Of a stretch of 64,000 nt of DNA, positions 55,900 through 64,000 are shown one piece after another. Source of the stretch: an uncultured Bacteroidales bacterium (lineage in GTDB: Bacteria; Bacteroidota; Bacteroidia; Bacteroidales; CHK158-818); NCBI GenBank assembly GCA_949300615.1, contig CASGEW010000010.1:391-64390 (forward strand). The letters are read 5' to 3'. The position numbers were made by a program, and so were the translations under genes. A model generated the notes under the pieces. It did not search any database and was not told where the DNA came from. It was given only the letters and a program-made list of their open reading frames with translations. Each line of letters starts with the position of its first letter. Within the stretch, counting starts at the first letter, position 1.

Positions 55900-56544
55900 C
55901 TATTCTTCTTGTTTAGTCAGTACGAATCCCAATAACATCCCGTCGTATTGCTCAGCTAATTGGCCGATAGTCTTTAACGTCGTATTGTTGCTGTTTGAGG
56001 CGATAATTTGTATCACATCCAGGATTTTATCGGCATTGAACAATAGCGTCAGGTTGTTGTCGGATAGGGAGGCCGTGGCATCTACCGAACTCAATGTGAT
56101 TAGTTTGAGCGCTTCAAAAGAGAGTGTAAGCGTTTTTTCTTCGGCATTAATCTGGAAACTTCCTCCCAATCCGTTGGTGGCATTCGCTTTCAAGGTCGTG
56201 GTGAAAGTGCTGTCTGCCGCATTGAATGTAAATTTCATATTTTCCGTTATGCCCACTTTGGTGTAAATCTCTGCCAGTTTGTCTTCGATCTGGCTGGCGG
56301 CAAGCGCTCCCCCGGCCTTTTTCAAGAGATCGTCGCTTTTAAATTCGCAGGCAGGTTTGGAATATTTCCACGTGCCGTTTAACGCTTCGGCAGTAAGCGA
56401 CTTGCCTCCGAGAATCGTACCCACAGCCTCTTCTATTGAGCCGGAACTGAACAAATCTTTCAGGGATATTTGCGAAGATGCGGAAAATGGAGCATACCAG
56501 CTGCATAATCCGAAAACAAAGAAGGTTATAAATAGTTTTTTCAT
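55900..56544 (-). CDS. DUF4923-like secreted lipocalin-type protein
   Basis: 214 aa with a signal peptide. The motifs are LNGTWKYSKPACEFKSDDLLKKAGGALAASQIEDKL and a C-terminal YDGMLLGFVLTK. Confidence 0.6.
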   Translation of the reverse strand: MKKLFITFFVFGLCSWYAPFSASSQISLKDLFSSGSIEEAVGTILGGKSLTAEALNGTWKYSKPACEFKSDDLLKKAGGALAASQIEDKLAEIYTKVGITENMKFTFNAADSTFTTTLKANATNGLGGSFQINAEEKTLTLSFEALKLITLSSVDATASLSDNNLTLLFNADKILDVIQIIASNSNNTTLKTIGQLAEQYDGMLLGFVLTKQEE

Positions 56545-56569
56545 AGAATGTATGTGTTTGGTTTGAAAG

Positions 56570-56577
56570 CAAAGATA
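56570..56577 (-). promoter_or_regulatory. -7 box (TATCTTTG on the minus strand) for the DUF4923-like gene
   Basis: caaagata on the plus strand, 26 nt upstream of the ATG at 56544. Confidence 0.45.
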
Positions 56578-56921
56578 CGAGATTTTTTGGTTATTGGGAA
56601 GATAAAATCAAGAGAAAGATATGTCGGAAAGAGATATTCTTATGGAGAGGCGTCAATAGTTTTTTATTCAAAAGAACGTTCAAATGAAGAGTAATATTTT
56701 CTGTCCGGCATAAAGATTTTTGCCGAAATCCAGCAAATTAACCTTTCTTGTGATTCTCTTTTGATGAAACATCCGATTATGGAACTGTTTTCGGCGGTTT
56801 TGCGATGGATGTATATTGTTGATAGATAAGTCTTTGGTTCTGTCTTGGAGGAATAAAATACCTGCTCGAATTTTTTTTAAAATCTTTGTCTCAAACAGTT
56901 TATTTAGAGCACAATATTTTG

Positions 56922-56929
56922 TATTTTTG
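56922..56929 (+). promoter_or_regulatory. -7 box TATTTTTG for purH
   Basis: Matches TAnnTTTG, 27 nt upstream of the ATG at 56956. Confidence 0.5.
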
Positions 56930-56955
56930 CGCAAGAAAATATTAAATGGATATAT

Positions 56956-58479
56956 ATGTCTGGAAACAAGAAAATTAAAACCGCATTGGTGTCGGTATTC
57001 CATAAAGATGGATTGGATGACATTCTGAAAAAGTTGCACAGTGAAGGTGTAAAGTTCATTTCGACGGGCGGTACCCAGTCGTTTATCGAATCGTTGGGAT
57101 TTCCGTGTGAAACGGTTGAATCGCTGACCGGTTATCCTTCCATATTGGGAGGTCGTGTAAAAACACTTCACCCCAAAGTATTTGGCGGTATTTTGTGCCG
57201 TCGGGAAATGGCAGGGGATTTGCAGCAGATAGTTCAATACGAAATACCGGAAATCGATTTGGTGATAGTCGATTTGTATCCGTTTGAACAGACCGTGGCA
57301 TCGGGAGCCGATGAACAGGCCATTATCGAAAAGATAGATATCGGCGGTATTTCGTTGATTCGTGCAGCCGCAAAAAATTTCAAAGATGTAATCATTGTCG
57401 CTTCCAAGGCACAATACAATCCGTTGATGAAATTGTTGGAAGAAAAAGGGGCAGAGTCGTCGTTGGAAGATCGTAAATGGTTCGCCAAAGAGGCGTTTGC
57501 CGTCTCTTCGGGATACGATACAGCCATATTCAACTATTTCGATAACGAAGAGGGAAGCGCATTCCGGTATGCCGCAAACGATGCCAAACATTTGCGCTAT
57601 GGCGAGAATCCCCATCAAAAAGGGCTGTTCTTCGGGAAATTTGAAGATATGTTTGAACAGTTGCAGGGGAAAGAAATTTCATACAACAATTTGTTGGACA
57701 TCGATGCTGCCGTTTCGTTGATCAACGAGTTCGACGACCTGACGTTCGCCATATTGAAGCATAACAACGCTTGTGGTATCGCCTCCCGGCCTACCATGTT
57801 GGAAGCGTGGAAAGATGCCTTGGCTGGTGACCCCGTTTCAGCATTCGGCGGTATTCTGGTCACCAATGGCGTGATAGATAAAGCCTCGGCAGAAGAGATC
57901 AATAAAATCTTCTTTGAAGTCATTATCGCCCCCGATTATGACACCGATGCCCTCGAAATATTGATGCAGAAAAAGAACCGTATCATCCTGATACGGAAAG
58001 ATACAGCCGTTTCATCCGTACAGTTCCGCTCTCTGCTGAACGGCGTCTTGGTACAAGACAAGGATTTAAGTATCCAAACGGCCGCCGATCTGACCCCGAT
58101 GACCCGCAAACAACCTACTGCTTCTGAAATAGAAGACCTCTTGTTTGCCAATAAGTTGGTAAAAAACAGCAAGAGTAATGCCATCACGTTGGTAAAGAAC
58201 AAACAATTGTGCGCCAGCGGTGTAGGGCAGACTTCGCGGGTAGATGCCTTGAAGCAGGCTATCGAAAAGGCTAAATCATTCGGATTTGACCTGACGGGAG
58301 CCGTCATGGCCTCCGATGCATTCTTCCCCTTCCCCGACTGTGTGGAGATAGCCGACAAGGCCGGTATTACAGCCGTTATACAACCCGGAGGGTCTATCAA
58401 AGACAACCTCTCTGTTGAATATTGCGACGAACATGGATTGGCTATGGTAAAAACCGGTATCCGTCATTTTAAACATTAA
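56956..58479 (+). CDS. purH: bifunctional AICAR formyltransferase / IMP cyclohydrolase
   Basis: 507 aa. It begins KTALVSVFHKDGL and contains STGGT, VKTLHPKVFGGIL, and ends QPGGSIKD...MVKTGIRHFKH. Confidence 0.97.
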   Translation: MSGNKKIKTALVSVFHKDGLDDILKKLHSEGVKFISTGGTQSFIESLGFPCETVESLTGYPSILGGRVKTLHPKVFGGILCRREMAGDLQQIVQYEIPEIDLVIVDLYPFEQTVASGADEQAIIEKIDIGGISLIRAAAKNFKDVIIVASKAQYNPLMKLLEEKGAESSLEDRKWFAKEAFAVSSGYDTAIFNYFDNEEGSAFRYAANDAKHLRYGENPHQKGLFFGKFEDMFEQLQGKEISYNNLLDIDAAVSLINEFDDLTFAILKHNNACGIASRPTMLEAWKDALAGDPVSAFGGILVTNGVIDKASAEEINKIFFEVIIAPDYDTDALEILMQKKNRIILIRKDTAVSSVQFRSLLNGVLVQDKDLSIQTAADLTPMTRKQPTASEIEDLLFANKLVKNSKSNAITLVKNKQLCASGVGQTSRVDALKQAIEKAKSFGFDLTGAVMASDAFFPFPDCVEIADKAGITAVIQPGGSIKDNLSVEYCDEHGLAMVKTGIRHFKH

Positions 58480-58533
58480 TTCATACAACCTTGCTCTTTG
58501 TAGAAAAGAGTCGAAAAAACAAGTAAAAAACAG

Positions 58534-59556
58534 ATGGGATTATTCTCTTTTACACAAGAAATAGCAATCGATTTGGGTACGGCCAATACGATTATCATAC
58601 ACAACGATAAAATCGTGGTGGACGAACCCTCGGTGGTAGCTTTGGATAAACGTACGGACCGCTTGTTGGCCGTAGGGGAAAAAGCACGTCAGATGCATGG
58701 TAAAACCCATGAAAATATACGGACTATCCGTCCGTTGCGCGACGGGGTGATAGCCGATTTTTACGCCGCGGAACAGATGATACGCGGGATGGTCAAGATG
58801 GTAAGTTCCAAAAGCCGGTGGTTTGCACCACCCTCGTTGCGGATGGTGGTATGTATCCCCTCGGGCAGTACCGAAGTGGAGATTCGTGCTGTGCGCGACT
58901 CGTCTGAACATGCCGGAGGCCGCGATGTATATATGATTTACGAACCGATGGCCGCCGCTATCGGTATCGGGTTGGACGTAGAAGCACCCGAAGGGAACAT
59001 GATTGTGGATATAGGAGGCGGTTCCACCGAGATAGCCGTTATCTCGCTAGGAGGTATCGTATCCAACAAGTCCATCCGTATCGCAGGCGATGACTTGACT
59101 GCCGATATTCAGGAGTATATGCGCCGCCAACACAATGTAAAAGTGGGTGAACGTACGGCCGAACTGATAAAAATAAACGTAGGGTCGGCATTGACCGAGC
59201 TGGATAACGCCCCCGAAGATTATATCGTTCACGGGCCGAACCAGATGACCGCTTTGCCGATGGAAGTGCCTGTTTCGTATCAAGAGGTGGCACATTGCAT
59301 CGAGAAGTCCATCTCGAAGATTGAAGCCGCCGTGTTGAGTGCCTTGGAGCAGACCCCTCCCGAACTGTATGCCGATGTGGTTCGTAACGGTATCTATTTA
59401 GCCGGAGGCGGTGCTTTGTTGCGCGGACTGGATAAACGATTGACAGACAAAATCGGTATTCCTTTCCATATTGCCGAAGATCCGTTGCATGCCGTTGCCA
59501 AAGGAACAGGTGTTGCCCTTAAAAATATTTCCCGATTCTCGTTCCTGATACGATAA
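58534..59556 (+). CDS. mreB: rod shape-determining protein MreB
   Basis: 340 aa. The actin-fold motifs are IAIDLGTANT, VDIGGGSTEIAVISLGG and GIYLAGGGALLRGLD. Confidence 0.97.
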   Translation: MGLFSFTQEIAIDLGTANTIIIHNDKIVVDEPSVVALDKRTDRLLAVGEKARQMHGKTHENIRTIRPLRDGVIADFYAAEQMIRGMVKMVSSKSRWFAPPSLRMVVCIPSGSTEVEIRAVRDSSEHAGGRDVYMIYEPMAAAIGIGLDVEAPEGNMIVDIGGGSTEIAVISLGGIVSNKSIRIAGDDLTADIQEYMRRQHNVKVGERTAELIKINVGSALTELDNAPEDYIVHGPNQMTALPMEVPVSYQEVAHCIEKSISKIEAAVLSALEQTPPELYADVVRNGIYLAGGGALLRGLDKRLTDKIGIPFHIAEDPLHAVAKGTGVALKNISRFSFLIR

Positions 59557-59669
59557 TCGGTTTCAGCAGAAAAGGTCGCGAGTTACAAAAAGCGGGAAGG
59601 GTTTCCCTCTTTTTGCAGCTCGTTGACTTTGTTTAGTAATTTGTATATTCCCTCTGTTTCTACTGCGAT

Positions 59670-60506
59670 ATGCGTAACCTGATCTCTTTCTTAATCAAGC
59701 ACAGCGTATGGATATTGACCATCTTTTATGTGGTTATCAGCGCCATCCTGCTTTTCCGGTTTAACGCTTACCAACAGAGTGTTTTCTTTTCGTCGGCCAA
59801 TCAGGTGTCGGGTTGGGTCTATTCGTTGTCGGGAAATGTTACGGGGTATTTCGGATTGCGCGAGATAAACCGGGATTTACAGGAACGGAACGGTTTCTTG
59901 GAGATGGAGGTTGCCCGCCTTAAAAGGTTATTGGACTCTGGCGATTACAAAATGTTGACGGAGTATGCATCCAAAGATACGGTCCTGTTGAGATATAATT
60001 TTCAGGTGGCCCAGGTCATTAATAACAGCGTGATGCGTCCGGCCAATTACATTACCATCAACAAGGGTAGCGATGACGGTATCAAAACAGAGATGGGGGT
60101 GATAGGTCGGAATGGCGTTGTGGGCAAGGTCGATGTCGTGGGGAAAAACTTTTCCCGGGTCATATCCTTGCTTAATCCCAAATGGAGGCTTAGCTGCAAA
60201 GTGAAATACAGCGACTACTTCGGCTCTTTGGTATGGGATGGGCAGGATGCCCGTTATGCGGTATTGGAAGAGCTGCCCCGGCATGTCGATTTTGCCATAG
60301 GCGATACGATTGTCACCAGCGGATTTTCGTCTGTTTTTCCCGAAGGTATTTTTGTGGGAACCATCAAAGAGTATTCCAAACAAAAGAACGATAATTTCTA
60401 TGCGTTGAAGATAGAGCTATCGACCGATTTTTACCGATTGAACGATGTCCTGGTGATTGATTGTCCCGGACAGGAAGAACGCAAGGAGATAGAAGAAAGG
60501 AATTAG
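59670..60506 (+). CDS. mreC: rod shape-determining protein MreC
   Basis: 278 aa with an N-terminal TM, a coiled-coil and GDTIVTSGFSSVFPEGIFVGTI. It follows mreB. Confidence 0.85.
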   Translation: MRNLISFLIKHSVWILTIFYVVISAILLFRFNAYQQSVFFSSANQVSGWVYSLSGNVTGYFGLREINRDLQERNGFLEMEVARLKRLLDSGDYKMLTEYASKDTVLLRYNFQVAQVINNSVMRPANYITINKGSDDGIKTEMGVIGRNGVVGKVDVVGKNFSRVISLLNPKWRLSCKVKYSDYFGSLVWDGQDARYAVLEELPRHVDFAIGDTIVTSGFSSVFPEGIFVGTIKEYSKQKNDNFYALKIELSTDFYRLNDVLVIDCPGQEERKEIEERN

Positions 60507-60510
60507 AGGT

Positions 60511-61023
60511 ATGAGCAAGGAGATTATTTCATATATCGTACTGTTTGTCGTACTTGTCCTGTTGCAGGTAATGGTTTTGAACCATATCAGCGTGATGGGT
60601 TATGGCATACCGTTGCTCTATATCTATTTTATTTTGGTTTTGCCGGCATCGTTGTCGCCCAATTGGGTGGTTACATTAGGCTTTTTGCTGGGTTTGACAA
60701 TAGACCTCTTTTGCGATACGCCGGGGATGAATGCGTTGGCATCGACGGTAACATCTGCTGTACGCCAACCGATGTTGAGTATGTATATCTCACGGGAGGA
60801 TGTCCCGGTGGCAGTCCCTTCGGCCCATTCGTTGGGGATGGGCGTGTTTCTCAAATATGCTTTGGTCATGGTACTCATCCAGAATGTACTGATTTATACG
60901 ATCGAAGCCTTTACCATTTTCCACTACCTGACGCTGTTGCTGAAAATCGTTTCGGGTACGTTTCTCTCTTTTATATTGATTATCGGTATTGAAAGTCTAA
61001 AATTGAGCAAAAGTGAAAAATGA
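60511..61023 (+). CDS. mreD: rod shape-determining protein MreD
   Basis: 170-aa polytopic membrane protein between mreC and the PBP2 gene. Confidence 0.75.
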   Translation: MSKEIISYIVLFVVLVLLQVMVLNHISVMGYGIPLLYIYFILVLPASLSPNWVVTLGFLLGLTIDLFCDTPGMNALASTVTSAVRQPMLSMYISREDVPVAVPSAHSLGMGVFLKYALVMVLIQNVLIYTIEAFTIFHYLTLLLKIVSGTFLSFILIIGIESLKLSKSEK

Positions 61024-62884
61024 CGAATATGGATTGAACAGACGCAGGTTTGTCATCGGAGGCATGGTGGTTGTCCTGTTTCTGATTTATGTTATCCGTC
61101 TGTTCGTATTGCAGGTCATGGATAGTGACTATAAATCTTTTGCCGACAGCAACGCATTCTTGAAAAAGACGCAATATCCTTCGCGCGGATTAATTTATGA
61201 CCGCAACGATAAATTGCTGGTCTATAATCAGCCGGCCTATGATGTAATGCTCATTATGCGAGAGGTAGAACCTTTCGATACGCTCGATTTTTGTCAAACG
61301 CTGGGCATTACCCGGGAAGAGTTTGACCGCAGGGTGGTGAATATGAAAGACCGGCGGAAAAATCCCGGATACTCTTCGTACACCCCACAGACTTTCATGA
61401 CACAGCTTTCGGCCAAGGATTACGGCCGTTTGCAGGAGAAGCTGTACAAATTCCCCGGATTCTATACGCAGAACCGTATGTTGCGGCAATATGCGTTTGC
61501 AACCTCTCCCCATATATTGGGTAATTTGCGCGAGGTATCCCAACGGGAGATAGAAAAGGACGATTATTACGTACGGGGCGACAATATCGGCGATTTGGGC
61601 GTAGAGAAATCGTATGAAACATACTTGCGGGGTATCAAAGGCAAGGAAATTTTGTTGCGCGATGCGCACGGACGTATCAAGGGGCGTTATGAGGAGGGTC
61701 GTTTCGATATCCCTCCGCAATCTGGCAAGAACATCAAATTGAGCATCGATGTTGATTTGCAGATGTACGGCGAACAGTTGATGCAGAATAAGAAAGGCGC
61801 CATCGTTGCCATAGAACCGGCCACGGGCGAAATCTTGGCGATGGTTTCCAGCCCGACGTATGATCCCTCATTGTTAGTGGGGCGCCAGCGGGGAAATAAT
61901 TATATGGCACTGATCAAAGATCCGCAGAAACCGTTGTTCGACCGAACCGTTTCAATGGCCAATCCTCCCGGATCGACCTTCAAACCGGCGCAGGGGTTGA
62001 TCTTTTTACAGGAGGGAATCGTAACGGAACAAACCTTGTATCCTTGTGCCAGCGGCTTTAACGTAGGAAATTTCCATTTAGGCTGCCACTCGCACAGTTC
62101 TCCTCTGGCATTGGCTCCTGCCATTGCTACCTCGTGCAATGCCTATTTCTGTTACGGTTTGCGCAGTATGCTGGAAAACAGAACCAAGTATCCCGATATT
62201 GTAACGGCGCTCAATACATGGCGCGATTATATGAAATCGATGGGGTACGGTTATAAGTTGGGAGTAGATATTCCCAATGAGGTGAGAGGGTTTATCCCCA
62301 ATGGGAATTTTTATAGCGACAAGGTTTTCAATACAACCCGTTGGCGGGCGTTGAACATCATCTCCATCGCAATCGGGCAGGGGGAGATTCTGGCTACTCC
62401 TGTGCAAATCTGTAATCTGGCTGCCACGATTGCCAATCGAGGATACTACATAATTCCCCATGTGGTAAAAGAGATACAGGATACGGTTATCCCGGCCCAA
62501 TATACCGAGAAACATCATACGATGGTACAGCGGCACAACTATGAGATTGTGGTTGAGGGGATGCGGAACGCCGTTCTGGGAGGTACGTGCCGGTTGGCGG
62601 CATTCCCCGGTGTGGAGGTTTGCGGAAAGACCGGGACAACCCAGAATCCCCACGGGAAGGATCACTCGGTATTTATGGGATTTGCGCCCAAAGAGAATCC
62701 CCAGATAGCTGTTGTGGTTTATGTGGAGAATGCCGGTTTTGGGGCCACATACGGAGTCCCTATCGGCAGTTTGATGATGGAGAAGTATTTGAACGATACC
62801 ATATCGGTAGAACGAAAATATTTGGAAGAACGGATGTTTAACTCAAACACGATGATATACAGTGGTATTTTTGCGAGAGATTAA
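61013..62884 (+). CDS. mrdA: penicillin-binding protein 2 (elongasome transpeptidase)
   Basis: 623 aa with an apparent GTG start overlapping the mreD stop. It has an N-terminal TM and the motifs STFKP (SxxK), SCN (SxN) and KTGT. Confidence 0.9.
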   Translation: MKNDEYGLNRRRFVIGGMVVVLFLIYVIRLFVLQVMDSDYKSFADSNAFLKKTQYPSRGLIYDRNDKLLVYNQPAYDVMLIMREVEPFDTLDFCQTLGITREEFDRRVVNMKDRRKNPGYSSYTPQTFMTQLSAKDYGRLQEKLYKFPGFYTQNRMLRQYAFATSPHILGNLREVSQREIEKDDYYVRGDNIGDLGVEKSYETYLRGIKGKEILLRDAHGRIKGRYEEGRFDIPPQSGKNIKLSIDVDLQMYGEQLMQNKKGAIVAIEPATGEILAMVSSPTYDPSLLVGRQRGNNYMALIKDPQKPLFDRTVSMANPPGSTFKPAQGLIFLQEGIVTEQTLYPCASGFNVGNFHLGCHSHSSPLALAPAIATSCNAYFCYGLRSMLENRTKYPDIVTALNTWRDYMKSMGYGYKLGVDIPNEVRGFIPNGNFYSDKVFNTTRWRALNIISIAIGQGEILATPVQICNLAATIANRGYYIIPHVVKEIQDTVIPAQYTEKHHTMVQRHNYEIVVEGMRNAVLGGTCRLAAFPGVEVCGKTGTTQNPHGKDHSVFMGFAPKENPQIAVVVYVENAGFGATYGVPIGSLMMEKYLNDTISVERKYLEERMFNSNTMIYSGIFARD

Positions 62885-64000
62885 TACGTGGAAAGCATTG
62901 GACTGGTGGACGGTGTTGATTTATGCCATTCTTGTCTTTTCGGGGATGGTGAGCATCTATGCCGCCAGTTATGACTTTGACGGAGCCAGTATGTTTGATT
63001 GGACAGAACGTTCGGGGAAACAGTTGATGTGGATCGGACTGTCGTTCGTACTGGCATTTGTTATTCTTATGCTTGATTACCGGGTATATGAAACGTATGC
63101 CTATCTCATCTATTTCGTAACTATTTTGTTGTTGATAGCTACTATCTTTTTGGCTTCCGACATCAAGGGGTCCCGTTCGTGGCTTGAACTGGGGTTTGTC
63201 AATTTGCAACCGGCCGAGTTCGCTAAGTTTGCCACCTCTTTGGCTTTGGCCAGGTTGATGGACAGCTATAATTTCAGATTGACAAAACCTGTGAATTTTA
63301 TCCGGGCCGTCTTTCTGATTTTATTGCCCATGGTGTTGATTGTTTTGCAGCGAGAAACGGGATCGGCATTGGTTTACGGTTCGTTGGCTTTCGTGTTGTA
63401 CCGGGAAGGAATGTCGGGAACCGTGTTGTTTGCCGGGTTGTGTGCCATCGTCTTTTTTGTGTTGGGGATCAAATATTCTGCGGTTATGTGGAATGAGACC
63501 CCGCTGGGCGAGTTTTTGGTCCTGACTTTGATTCTTGCCGTCGTTATATTTGCCTTACGTTTATATTATCGGGACAACCGGATATCGAATAACCTTTTGT
63601 TTGTATCCGTATTGACGGCTGTTGTATTTTGGATATTGACCTTCTTTGATATTCGTGTCAATTATGTCTATCCGGTGTTGGGTATCATTGGTTTTTCTGT
63701 GGTTTATTTGCTGCTGGTCTATTTGCAGGTCCGTGTTCGGAAACTTTTGATGATAGCGCTTTTCCCGGTTATTTTTACCGGCTATTTGTTTTCGGTAGAT
63801 TACGTCTTTTCGTCCGTTTTAGAGCCGCATCAGCAGGTTCGTATCCGGGTTTCTCTGGGGATGGAGGACGATCCCAGGGGAGCGGGGTATAATGTGAACC
63901 AGTCGGTGATAGCCATAGGTTCCGGTGGTTTTGCCGGAAAAGGTTTCTTGAATGGCACGCAGACGAAGTTGAAATATGTACCGGAACAGGACACCGATTT
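62862..64000 (+). CDS. rodA: rod shape-determining protein RodA (SEDS family), 3'-truncated by the window end
   Basis: An open frame not listed in the track because it has no stop. The sequence runs ...[29 protein letters not shown]...[18 protein letters not shown]...SALVY...[16 protein letters not shown]. The start is uncertain (GTG at 62862 or TTG at 62871) and overlaps the end of mrdA. Confidence 0.85.
   Translation, partial: MVFLREINTWKALDWWTVLIYAILVFSGMVSIYAASYDFDGASMFDWTERSGKQLMWIGLSFVLAFVILMLDYRVYETYAYLIYFVTILLLIATIFLASDIKGSRSWLELGFVNLQPAEFAKFATSLALARLMDSYNFRLTKPVNFIRAVFLILLPMVLIVLQRETGSALVYGSLAFVLYREGMSGTVLFAGLCAIVFFVLGIKYSAVMWNETPLGEFLVLTLILAVVIFALRLYYRDNRISNNLLFVSVLTAVVFWILTFFDIRVNYVYPVLGIIGFSVVYLLLVYLQVRVRKLLMIALFPVIFTGYLFSVDYVFSSVLEPHQQVRIRVSLGMEDDPRGAGYNVNQSVIAIGSGGFAGKGFLNGTQTKLKYVPEQDTD

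Noticed and set aside
56545-56955. ZTP (pfl) riboswitch upstream of purH
   Set aside because: I could not find the conserved pfl elements as I recall them (a GGGUCGUGAC-like segment and CCGCCUGGGC). The -7 box is only 27 nt from the ATG, leaving no room for a riboswitch leader.
56680-57618. 312-aa minus-strand ORF
   Set aside because: It overlaps the purH promoter region and the 5' third of purH in antisense, and has no recognisable motifs.
1-64000. CRISPR arrays, tRNA/rRNA genes, IS elements or transposases, toxin-antitoxin or known defence systems
   Set aside because: I saw no regularly spaced direct repeats, no tRNA-like cloverleaf starts in the intergenic regions, and no transposase or integrase-like ORFs in the six-frame track.

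Overview
This 64-kb chromosomal window reads as a Bacteroidota (Bacteroidales-like) genome. The evidence is many TAnnTTTG -7 promoter boxes, DUF1573, GSCFA, DUF4919 and DUF4923 genes, a murF-alr fusion, and a purH-mreBCD-mrdA-rodA cluster. Most of it is ordinary housekeeping: an AraC regulator with an RND efflux operon, class I fumarase, mscL, fabI, a ROK kinase, copA/copZ, alaS, an M23 peptidase, MerR, murF-alr, phoU, GH43, MATE, meaB, OmpH, pepD, metA, a U32 peptidase, purH and the cell-shape genes. The unusual content is a set of phage-type genes split into three separate transcription units among these core genes. Locus A (8659-21034) carries scaffold-like, major-capsid-like, 1158-aa fibre, small virion ORFs, holin and M15 endolysin genes, plus two large accessory ORFs. 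Locus B (23811-25814) is a lone large-terminase-like gene. Locus C (45371-50159) is a portal-like gene divergent from an 876-aa structural-like gene. I see no integrase, repressor, replication genes, tail tube, sheath or tape measure, and no att-like repeats. All large phage-type ORFs are intact. Three of the four phage-type 5' regions carry an exact TTTTATAACA 10-mer and the fourth a degenerate copy, and none has the canonical -7 box found at neighbouring host genes. My main hypothesis is a domesticated, GTA-like or podovirus-derived particle system; a fragmented old prophage is the alternative. Two host genes (the RND pump and copA) are broken by single-nucleotide indels that map, or probably map, to homopolymer runs. 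These may be assembly errors, so caution applies to all frame-based arguments. All product calls come from reading motifs in the supplied translations; no database search was possible. No rRNA, tRNA or CRISPR array was recognised.
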